From Phoronis australis (Eukaryota > Animalia > Phoronida), in the NCBI GenBank assembly GCA_002633005.1, contig NMRA01000086.1, positions 777,390-841,389 of the forward strand: a stretch of DNA of 64,000 bases, written 5' to 3'. The position numbers were made by a program, and so were the translations under genes. The notes under the pieces are model-generated. The model was not told the origin of the DNA. It did no database searches and worked only from the letters and a program-made list of their open reading frames with translations. Shown piece after piece: positions 41,801 to 53,800 of this stretch. How positions within the stretch are numbered: the first letter of the stretch is position 1; every line of letters begins with the position of its first letter.

Positions 41801-44800
41801 GGTCATCAATGTGTATATGAATTTTGTTTGTTAAAAAGCATGGCAGACTGACGTGGGATGCATCTTCAAAAAGGGGATGGTCTTGTCAAAAGCAGCACAG
41901 TTGGCAACTGCATGCATGTTTCCATGAACAAATTATAAAGCAATTGGTTAATTTCCTTTTCCCAATTGAACACGTGTCTCAAACTGATATACAATTTTGT
42001 TATTACATCAATTTTTGTTTTAGATTATCCGGGGCAACAGTATATCAGATAAGACCAGGTCATTTGGGTATTCCATATCAGGAGGCTTTGATCTGGACAC
42101 CAATGCATACCCTGATTTGCTGGTAGGAGCCATGGACTCGGACCAAGCCATTTATCTGAGGTAAATATTTTTGTGACTGACCAACGGAGAACTTTAAACT
42201 TAACCAAGGCAATCTTAAAAAACAGGAAACAAAACTGGTCTGTCTGTTATACTTTGATAAAATTAAACATAGGCGTGTCCCAAGTATTAAAGGTAAACAA
42301 CAAGTAAGATTTCTGGATTCAACAGTCTCCTTTTGCAGGGGTGGAAAAGTGCATTTTATAATTTACTTGACTTTCAAATGTAGAGGTGTCCACACTTAAG
42401 TATGCTGAATCTAGATAAATGACGACTTATTGATCACGCCTCACTTTGCTTTTCATTTTTTGTTCTTCTTATTGGAACTCTGTGCCTGGTTGCATCACGG
42501 AGTCCCAAATAGGGACTTGACTAAGTTCCCTAAATCTACAGCATATTTGTTGGCTTGTTAAACAATAATCGTCCTTTCTTTTGCTGCGTGAGTCTCAGTC
42601 TTTACTAAGTCAATTTTTGGCTTTGATACAAATCGAGAGTGAAGTCTACACTTGAATTATCAATATTATTGATAATAAATTGTGATCTTTTCGTGCCACG
42701 CCCCCTAATTTAAGGACTAAGTCCCTAATTAGTTTAACTGAATTAATCGCGCATTTTGCAGTTAATTATTAGGAAATGTCAATAGTCAAAGAACAGCTCA
42801 TAGTAAAAATAAAATGATACAAAAATATTACCTCTGTTAGTACATAATGAAACAACTATGCAAAAGATTTAGGGAACTTAGTCGAGTCTCTATTTGTGAT
42901 TGTTCCATGCAGCCGTGCACTGAACCCTAGAAGTGGCATGCTAATCTTGATGCAAAGTGTGGTGATTAGCATATTACAGATGTACAACAATTGCCCTACC
43001 GATGTGCTGGGCTGTGGGTAATTACCACAGAATCTGAGAGAAACCCCAGAAAATCATTGGCCAAGAGCAATGTTTTTTCAACTAAAATAAGATCTTTTAA
43101 GGGTCCTTTTTTAAAACTCTGAGTGTCCCAAAGCTATGTAAAAGATCATTCAAGGAATCCCAAAAGTTTCTTTTGGAAGGCACAGAAGTTAGGAAAAATA
43201 CCACATTTGACCCTCATTGCAGCGAAACGAGGAATTGTTTATTCGAGTCTGCAAAGCTGACTCTCTTTACAGCACTGCTTTGGAACTGCAAAACTGGTTG
43301 TTTGGTTCCAAACTCAATTAGACATGTGTGGCAGTTTTCCAACTTGTACTGAATTCAAAACAAACTTTAGGATTCCTGGAATAAGAGGAACACGTATCTT
43401 CTCAGTTAAGCAATATCCAGATATGCATAGTTTTGAATTATGTGAACATTTCTTAAACCACCCTGTATATTCACATTGGTTATGTTCCCATTGTTTTTAG
43501 GACAAGACCTGTTGTTAGTGTGAACTTTACTAGGTTTGTGTCAATACCTCGGCATGTGAAGCTGGACAGGAAGGACGTGCAGTTGGCTGATGGAACAAAT
43601 GTGACTGGGTATACAGTTATACTGCTTTATATTTCATGTGTAACTTAATAGCTGGTTTGTGAACATTTTAATCAAAGGAAATTAGGTCAGTTATTGAACA
43701 TGTGGTTTTGCTATCAGTTTATCTTTTCTTATTTGCTATATTTTACTGAAAAGACGTGATCTACAGAACTTTAAAAAATATGTTCTATCGAGTTAAAATT
43801 TATGGTTTTATTGATATTTGGCTTAACAGACTGACTTAACAACATAACCTTAGTAAATGTAATGAAGTGCATTCTGTTGCTAATGATTTTTGCATGAATA
43901 CTGTAATTTTCATTTTTTTTACATTTGTAGTAATTAAAGTGAGATTTTACCTTCTTACTTCCAGATTAAGCTTTGATGCCTGCTTTGAGTACAAATCACT
44001 CAATGGTCCAGAAAAAATCAGTACGTGCAACACTTCTTTTTCTGACTATTCTTTGCCATGTTCCTTAATCTTTACCAATTTTATAAGCACTGAATGTTTT
44101 GTCTATAATTTATATCCTAGATTATAACTGTATGGCAACCTTCAGCTTTTCGAAAACGTTTTGATATTTTTTGATGCAAAATGTAGCAGATATCTACTCT
44201 CAATCTGTTGAGATGGCTTGCATTATTTTAGAGTTCGGAGATGAAGCATACTGATGTTGAAGTCAATTCCATTGCGTCATGGGTCATGGATCGTGAATCT
44301 GGGTATGGATAGATACTTGCATTCTTTTTATGTCAGGTATTGACATGGACTGGAAATTGGACTCACTGAAGAGCTTGACCAAACGGTACTTTCTTAAAGA
44401 CCAGCCTTTAGAAACTGCTTTGACGAGACGAAATTTCGTTCTGGGCAAAGGAAGACAGCACTGTTACCGACTGCAAGGCTATGTAAAGGTATATGTACGG
44501 ACTCGGGGAGGGTGGGGGATATTGTTACCTTGTTAGTTTACCTCATGAATCTGTGATGAACGTGTGGCTTGTGCTATTCCCCTGGCCATGATTACAGCCC
44601 CTTATGTTAAGTGTGCGCAGACCAAAGGTTTGTGGCACCTGCCAATTTAATAACTGTATGTGTAGGTATTAAGGCCGATTTGTCTAAAGTGAAGCCATGC
44701 CTACATCTAGAATTAGAAGTGGACGGTGTCGCCAAAGACTTGAGTAAAAACTGTTTTTTGATGAACCTCATCATGATTTGGGATATAGACGCAGGGGCCT

Positions 44801-47800
44801 TAATCCACAACATTTAGCGTACTAAGCTAACTGATGACAAGTCAGTGCGTTTTATTTAGAAGCCTCTTATGTAAGTGGAATATTTTTTGTACAGTTCAGA
44901 TTGTAAATAGAAGACGGTACAGTGCTCCATGCTTAGCTAAACGCTAAGTTGCATTTGGCGACCTGACAAAAATCCCAGGTTGTCAAATAAATCTGAGGAC
45001 GCCAAAATTAAAAACAAAATCATTTTGCCAACTTTTTCCCATTGGGCACGTAAATCGTCGTCTGTTTACTTCCTGCTTAAACGTGGTTGCAAATGCGTTG
45101 AATTCACAAAATAAATGGAACAATTGTGAATCAAACATAATAAATTTAGGGAAACTGTAATTTCAAGTTTGGAAGTCAACACGAACCTTGAAACGAATTT
45201 AGGGGGAAATATTGTCCGACTTTGATCCTCTCACTGGCAACCTTGTGATGACTTGGAATTTTCCCTGGTCGTCAAACACAATCTGAGGTCACATTACCAA
45301 CCTGCTGATCGCTAAATCAAGCATTATGGTACTATAGTGTCAGTCAGCACAAAATAACTAATATACTGACAATTTGTTATGGACCTGAGTTCATAATTTG
45401 TGGAGTACGTGTCGTTTAATTACAACGAGGTTTATTCTATCATTTAAAGTGTTTTTCTCCATCATATGTAAGTCTTGATTATTATGCTAATTACAAAGAA
45501 AACATTTTTTTGCTTCTCAGAACTCTGTTCGTGACAAGCTGACTAACATTAGAGCTGAAGTGACGTACAGACTCAACTTGAATGAGTCGCACTACGGTCC
45601 TCAAGAACTCATGCCTGTCCTCAACCAGTACATATCCACGACCAGACATGCTGACGCACCTATATGGAAGGACTGTGGAGACGATAATGTGTGTATTCCT
45701 GACCTGAAGGTGTCTGCTCAGAGGTAAGGTCCACCTTGTCAAGAGCTAGCACCGTCCTCTGTGAACTGTCTAATGCTGGTTTATGTAATCAAAGTAACAC
45801 TTCCAGGCAAGGCCTGGGTAGAGTTTAGTAACATTATTACCTCACTGAAATCTAGCCTAAATGACGTGTTCTCATTTGAAATACATAGCAGTGTGCATTA
45901 CATGAATTTGTCATTTACTCTTGACTTCTACATCAACCAATGTACACAGAGTCCAGATACCCTGCCCTCTGTTATGCACATAGCTAAGCCGGAGGCGCCT
46001 GGACTTCATTTTGGTCAGCGATAATCATTCAAACTGTGTTTACAGAGTTAATCGAGCATTGCGAACAATGTCATAAAATGTAATAAACAACTCTGCCTAT
46101 CAAAGTATAAAACTGCTTTTTGAAAAAATGCACGTTTTCAAGAATTAATGATTCAACAAATGTGTGGAACATAAAAAGTACCCGAATTCGGTGTTCAAGT
46201 CATAAAAAAAGTTTGAGTAACTATATAACTGCATTTTCGCACGTCAAAATTTAATGGGCTTCAGCTGCTTGACTGATGAGGAAAGCAGTCCACGCTCAAT
46301 TATCACCATCTGATTAGATTTTTTCTATATCAAGGTACCTAAGCTACACGGTCAACGGACTCAAAACACGGGGCACGGACTCATGAACACGGGGCACGGA
46401 CTCATGAACATGATTCACGGACCTGCAAACACCGTCCACTGACTCACAAGCACGGAAACGGATTCACAAAACACGATCTATGCACCCAAATACACGGGAC
46501 ACGGACTCATATTCACGAGGAAACACGGTTAACGGACCGCCAAACACGGGTCACGGACTCATCGGCTTGCTGGGTCAGCTGACATCTCCATTTTGTATGT
46601 GACCCATGTTTGGCAGTCAGTTAACCGTGTTTCCTCGTGAATATGAGTCCGTGTCCCGTGTATTTGGGTGCATAGATCGTGTTTTGTGAATCCGTTTCCG
46701 TGCTTGTGAGTCAGTGGACGGTGTTTGCAGGTCCGTGAATCATGTTCATGAGTCCGTGCCCCGTGTTCATGAGTCCGTGCCCCGTGTTTTGAGTCCGTTG
46801 ACCGTGTAGCTTAGGTACCTTGATATAGAAAAAATCTAATCAGATGGTGATAATTGAGCGTGGACTGCTTTCCTCATCAGTCAAGCAGCTGAAGCCCATT
46901 AAATTTTGACGTGCGAAAATGCAGTTATATAGTTACTCAAACTTTTTTTATGACTTGAACACCGAATTCGGGTACTTTTTATGTTCCACACATTTGTTGA
47001 ATCATTAATTCTTGAAAACGTGCATTTTTTCAAAAAGCAGTTTTATACTTTGATAGGCAGAGTTGTTTATTACATTTTATGACATTGTTCGCAATGCTCG
47101 ATTAACTCTGTAAACACAGTTTGAATGATTATCGCTGACCAAAATGAAGTCCAGGCGCCTCCGGCTTAGCTATGTGCATAACAGAGGGCAGGGTATCTGG
47201 ACTCTGTGTACATTGGTTGATGTAGAAGTCAAGAGTAAATGACAAATTCATGTAATGCACACTGCTATGTATTTCAAATGAGAACACGTCATTTAGGCTA
47301 GATTTCAGTGAGGTAATAATGTTACTAAACTCTACCCAGGCCTTGCCTGGAAGTGTTACTTTGATTACATAAACCAGCATTAGACAGTTCACAGAGGACG
47401 GTGCTAGCTCTTGACAAGGTGGACCTTACCTCTGAGCAGACANGTTTAATTACAACAAGGTTTATTCTATCATTTTAAGTGTTTTTCTCCATCATATGTA
47501 AGTCTTGATTATTATGCTAATCACAAAGAAAACTTTTTTTTGCGTCTCAGAACTCTGTTCGTGACAAGCTGACCAACATTAGAGCTGAAGTGACGTACAG
47601 ACTCAACTTGAATGAGTCACACTACGGTCCTCAAGAACTCATGCCCGTCCTCAACCAGTACATATCCACGACCAGACATGCTGACGCACCTATATGGAAG
47701 GACTGTGGAGACGATAATGTGTGTATTCCTGACCTGAGGGTGTCTGCTCAGAGGTAAGGTCCATCTCGTCAAGAGCTAGCATCGTCCTCTGTGAACTGTC

Positions 47801-50800
47801 TAATGCTGGTTTATGTAATCAAACTAACACTTCCAGGCAAGGCCTGGGTAGAGTTCAGTAATGTTATTACTTCGCTAAAATCTAGCCTAAATGACGTGTT
47901 CTCATTTGAAATACATAGCAGTGTGCATTACATGAATTTGTCATTTACTCTGACTTCTACATCAACCAATGTACACAGAGTCCAGATACCCTGCCCTCTA
48001 TTATGCACATAGCTAAGCCGGAGGCACCTGGACTTCATTTCGGTCAGCGATAATCATTCAAACTGTGTTTACAGAGTTAATGGAGCATTGTGAGCAATGT
48101 CATAAAATGTAATAAACAACTCTGCCTATCAAAGTATAAAACTGCTTTTTGAAAAAATGCACGTTTTTAAGAATTAATGATTCAACAAATTTGTGGAACA
48201 TAAAAAGTACCCGAATTCGGTGTTCAAGTCATAAAAAAAGTGTATGAGTATATAACTGCATTTTCTCACCTCAAAATTTAATGGGCTTCAGCTGCTTGAC
48301 TGATGAGGAAAGCAGTCCACGCTCAATTATCACCATCTGATTAGATTTTTTCAATAAGCAACACAAAAGATATGGAAATAATCTGTCTGTACTCCTTGGA
48401 TAAACTGAGTCAATCCAAATGGGTATTCAATCTAAGTGACAAATTGATGTCATATTCTGTGAATATGCAATTAGGAATAGTTCTTAAAGTGTTTCACTTT
48501 TGTGTGAGAGTTATCAAAAATAGTATTTTAAATATTTTTATGAAAAATAACTAAAAATTTGTGTCAAACGAAAGCACAATGATCTTTTAGAAAACTGTAA
48601 CTGCGCTTTTGTAATTTCATCTTGAGTATCAATGAAATTTGATCAGTCATTATTGTCCATTATTTTGCTATGTATGTACCTTTGATTTTTGATAAATTTT
48701 ACTAGGAAGACATGGTCACAAAACCCAATTAATGGCAGATTGGTATAAGGTAAAAATCTAAATGTACAAACATTCTACTTTTAGAAGATATATACATCAA
48801 TAGAGTTGATATCCACAGTTGTGCAGATATTTGGCTAAATGGAGACTTGTCGATTAAGTCCTACATAGCCTTTTATTAGGTCCCACATAACCTTTTTTAA
48901 GTTCAACTTTATGCAATCATGTTTGCAAGTGGCCCAACCAAGTCATTGTTGTACAGCGAAATGTCATTATTTTCACCTACCCTGTATACAGTTCTTGTAA
49001 CCAATTGTTTCTTCATTGCAGTTCCTCGTTTTCAGCCAAAGCCGGTGCCTATATTTTCCTGTGGAGATCTTGCCTGGTTGCATGAAACAGTCCCTAATAG
49101 GCACTCAACTATGTTCCCCGACTCTTCACCTCATGCCGTCAATTTTTAATTTTAATACTAACCAGAAGTAAATTCTACATTGAATTCTCAATAGGCAGGT
49201 TTCATGCAACGCCCCTTAATGTAAGGACTAAGTCCCAAATTTTCGTTGAAGTAAGGGTTCAGTCTTCAAATGTATCGTTAGAAAATGTCAAAGAGGAGCT
49301 CCGAGATAACAAAGATAAATCGATATAAAAACATAACATTTGTTGTTAACAAAGACATAAACACACTGACAGTTTAGGCAACTTAGTTGAATTCCTATTT
49401 GGAATTGTTTCACGACACTTGAGCACAGGATTGTGTCAACCAATTTTTGGTTGTAACCACTTCTAGTTTCTGTCTCATACAACAGCGTGCAGATACAGTG
49501 GTATTACTAGACACCAGTGTTGTTATACTTATTGTATTGTTTGCTTATAGTTTGATGGCTTACTATCCTCTTGGTTCGCATGAAGACTTTATCATCTCAG
49601 TCGACATCACCAACGCTGGTGATGGAGCATACGAGTCACTGTTCTTGATCACGCTGCCACCTGGTGTCAAGTATGTCACCATTTTTGACGTGAAATCGGT
49701 GAGTATGATGCCACAGAGAGTACAAGACAGACGTGGATCAGGTAGAAATTGTTCATAAAAGGAAGACACATTTCTACTAATGGGAACTTCATTGAGTTGA
49801 GTGGCCCACTCTATGGGTTGCCTGGCCATGTCTGTATTCCTTAATGATACCCTAAAGATGTCACATTACAAAACCTGTTTGGTTTCCATTCCAGGTGACT
49901 GGTTTCTAAATCTGTTCTAAATTCTGATATTAATCTGGTCCATTGTTTGGTGGCCAGGTGCTCTTATGGTCCAGCATCACATCTTGCAGGCCAGCCCTTT
50001 TCTACCATGGTTCAAAGAGTTGCTAATGGCATTGGTGAAGGTTTGTCAGAGAACCGAGACCTTATCTTTTTTGGCTTGAATTTATTGCATTTCTCCAGGT
50101 AAAAATAACTGTAACTTATTTTTTACTAGAATTTCAATTTAAAATGCCATATAGTTTGAAAAACACCCATGAGTTTTCGTCCACAATATATCCATTCCAA
50201 ATATCCCTTCACAGTTTCAACTCCAGACGAAAACAGTTTCCAAATAACAACCAAGTCTATTGTGAAGCATTTTCACGATTCTTTGTTGGAGCTCACATGT
50301 CACAGATCAATTATGTACCCTGGTTATGTACCTTGGTCAACAAAAGAGAAATTAATGATGGCATGGTTTCTCGCTGATATTTATGGTTTTTCCTTGAAAA
50401 AATAATTTCAACATAACTATAATAAATTCAATTTCAGCTTATTGAAAAATCACTTGTTATAGTTCACGATATTGTAATTTATTTCAGCCAGTATTTTATT
50501 GACTGCTAATTCCTGTAATTGCCCTGCTCCACACAAAAGAAGCTAGATCAGTGTTCTTGGTAGTGAAGGATTCTTTCTTCTGTGATCTGTGTACAGATCT
50601 ATTGACAAAGTACACATGGTCACGCTATGGGTCAAGTTTCTAAAGAATTTATTTTAATTTAGCCAGTGTTATGTTTGAATTTAGGTTAAAGAAAAGTTTT
50701 TGTGAAAGTTAATTTGCATATGGTTAGAGTGCTGTTAGAATCATGAACTGAAGAGTTTGATGACCATTCTCAATTGCTGCTGCAACGTCAGCTAGTTTTC

Positions 50801-53800
50801 AGTCCACATATTTAATTGGTCTTTGATTCCACCAACACCAGGGTCCTCATTATTTGGGTACTGCTGTACCCAAGGTTCTAGGTAAGAAATTTACGAGTTC
50901 TTCATGTGTATCTAGTTACCATATGAAAAACATTGCCTCAGTTTGTATTGATGTTGCAGGCAACACCGATCACCTGTACAAAGTTAGAAGTGGATGTGAG
51001 CTGCGACATGGGTAACCCCTTTCCTGAGCATAGTAGTATTCAGTTTAAGATTCTCCTTAAACCTGAGAGTGTCAACGGTAGCACCGATAATCTCGCCTTC
51101 TTCCTGCAAGCTAACAGGTACTGAACTCCTAATTAATGAGCATCTTGAGTTCTTCATCTAATTAACTTGGTGTGAGTGAATGTGGTTGGAAGGCCATACA
51201 GTATGTGTGCTCTATCACTCTGTAGTGTTTGATTGTGTGTGTGGTACTAGAGTGGAAACTGAGATTTTGTTCCAGCATCGGGATCCTGTTGCAAACTGTA
51301 GGAAACTGTTTTCTGTACTTTTTTATGTGCCCACATATTTATATGTGGATGCATTATGCTCTGTCCATCCGTCTGGCATCCGTTCAGCGTCTGTCCGGCG
51401 TCCGTACGGCATCCGCTGCTCTATCTCCAAAACCCTTTCGTGTATGTTCATGAAATTTTGCACATGTGATCCTTTCATGAATGGGACGGCCTGAGCGAAG
51501 TTTCGGACAGATCCAACTACCGGTGCACTCCCTAGTGGCAATTATAGTTTTTTACTCAGCGGAGTTTCATACTAGTGAGATGACGTTATTTGGAAGTTCC
51601 TGTTTTTGGATACTGTTGCTATGAAATTTGGCAAATTAGTTTCTGTTTTGAAGATTACTTAGTCTTCCCATTTCCGAATGGGTTCAACACACTCTGCGCC
51701 ATTTGGTAGTCTTTTGAAAGATCACATGAAATTTAGCATACCGTATGTGTTCCTGCTTTTAATGCATCAGATGATGACTTTTGAATGAGCTCAACTACTG
51801 TGACATCCCCTAGTGGCAATTTCCATGTTTTTTGTGTCCGTGGATGTGTCTTTTTGAAGGATCTTTATGAAATCTAGCATTCGTCTGAATGTAAGAACGA
51901 CTTTCGGACCGATCTGACTCCTCTGTACACCTAGTGGCAAATTTATTTTTTACGTTTACCTCTGAATCTTCAGAGATTCTTGACTGAGTTTGATAAAGTT
52001 ATGCAAATAGATTTCTATTAAGGGGATGACTACAAAGGTTTCGTTGTATTCTGTGCTACCTTAAAAAGTGGCCATTTTAATTAATATTTGATTCTGTATT
52101 TGTGTTTACTTCTCTGTATGCCAAACTGCTTCTAAGATTATTTTTTTGAAAATTGTTAGCTGTGTTTCAGCTGAGAAGACCATGGCTGCTGATGGCTTTC
52201 CGGCAGGTCTGTGGTGACCCCCCCCCCCCTAGTGGCAATTTGTCTTTTGTAGCTATTGGATATTCTGCGCCACCTAGTGGCCAGTTTTTGATACACATAA
52301 ATTTTCTTAGAAGCATACCATTTGTGATTGTCGTGTGCGCATTTCCTTTGCGTTATTCTGGTTGCTTAAAAGTGGCATCAAAAATGGTTGGTTTGCCCTT
52401 CAAGTATGAAGAATAAGGATACTAACATTCATGGTTGTCATACATTCTTGTTCCAGTTCAAATGCTGAAAACCAACTGACTGTGGGCGACAACAGGAAAG
52501 ACGTGATCATTCCAGTGAAATTTGTGTCAAAGTTCTCATTGTCGGGGTAGGTTGTTATAGTTAGTATACCGTATATACTCTGTTCCATGGTTATGGTACA
52601 AATTCTTCAATTCAGAACAAAAATAAGTGCTAAAATTGTCATATTTCTGTTTTTCAGGTGTTTAGCACGTTCTTGTAAATGTTCATAATTTTACCAAATG
52701 ATGTTTGGTAATAGCTACTCCTTGCAAGTCACGCTAAAAGCAATCTAATTTTTTCTGAAAAGTTACTTTTATAGAGAAATCAGTGTCCCAAACTGAAGAA
52801 TTTTTACCATAGCCTTAGCTCCAGTTGTTTTTCCCGACGCCATTCAGAAAAGTCGTGACCTCGTGACAAATGTTGTCCTGTTCACAACTTTCGAGTCTAG
52901 TGTTGTAACCAGGGGTTGTTGACCCAGTCAGGGTCCAGTGCAATGCCTGAGAGCTGGCATCTAATTGGGTCCAATGCTTAGAGGGGTGTTGCAATATTTT
53001 TCGGGATCTCTGTGCATGCATGGGTCTTGTTGCAATCTGCTAAGAGGGGTTTTGTGGACTCTGCTGTCTGGGTCCAGTACAAATACGGTTCTTGTTGACT
53101 CTGACTCTGCTAGAAAATTTTGAGGGCATGCTGGGTGTCTTGTTGACTCAAGTGGGGTTCAATGCAAAGTGGGGTCTTTTTGACCTTGTCGTGGTACAAT
53201 ACAGACTGAGTCTTGTTGGCTAGGTGAGGGTCATGTGTAAGGGATACTGTTGACTCTGTCCTGGTCTAATGTTGGGTATGTGAGGGTCCATTGCTGATTG
53301 GGATGTTCCAGATTTTTTGTTCAATCAGCGGTCTTGTTGACTTTGTACCTTGTGCAAACATGTGATTGCTGCATGTCTATCACGGGTAGGAATGAGTGCT
53401 TTACCCGGATAGATAGCAACTTGTTCTTATATCTTATCTCAGGATGTACAGATGGTTAAGAAGTGTCTGTGAATCAAAATATCATATCTCTATATTCAAA
53501 TTGGGGTTGAATGAGGACACGAGCTGGTGTGGGTTGCGACTGTAACTTTTCAAAAAGAAGCTCTTTGGCAGGTTTTCGTTCAGAGTTTTGCACGTCATTA
53601 CAACTGAAGTAGGCATTTTCATGAACATGAACTCGAAACAGTTGATCTGTACTACTTTCCTAGGGCAAACTTCATTAAACTCGCGTCATCCGATGACATC
53701 ATAATCTGACGTGCATGTAACATTTTGCTCAGGCTTCGAAGTGGACAGTCCTCAAGTTGGGTGTTTTGAACATTCTAACGGACTCTTTTTCACCAAATTT

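Noticed and set aside
45761-48012. Thrice-repeated 73-87-aa ORF (MNCLMLVYV…) as a small gene family
   Set aside because: GTG-started intronic ORF reproduced only by the palindrome and haplotype duplicate; frameshifted in the third copy; no recognisable domain
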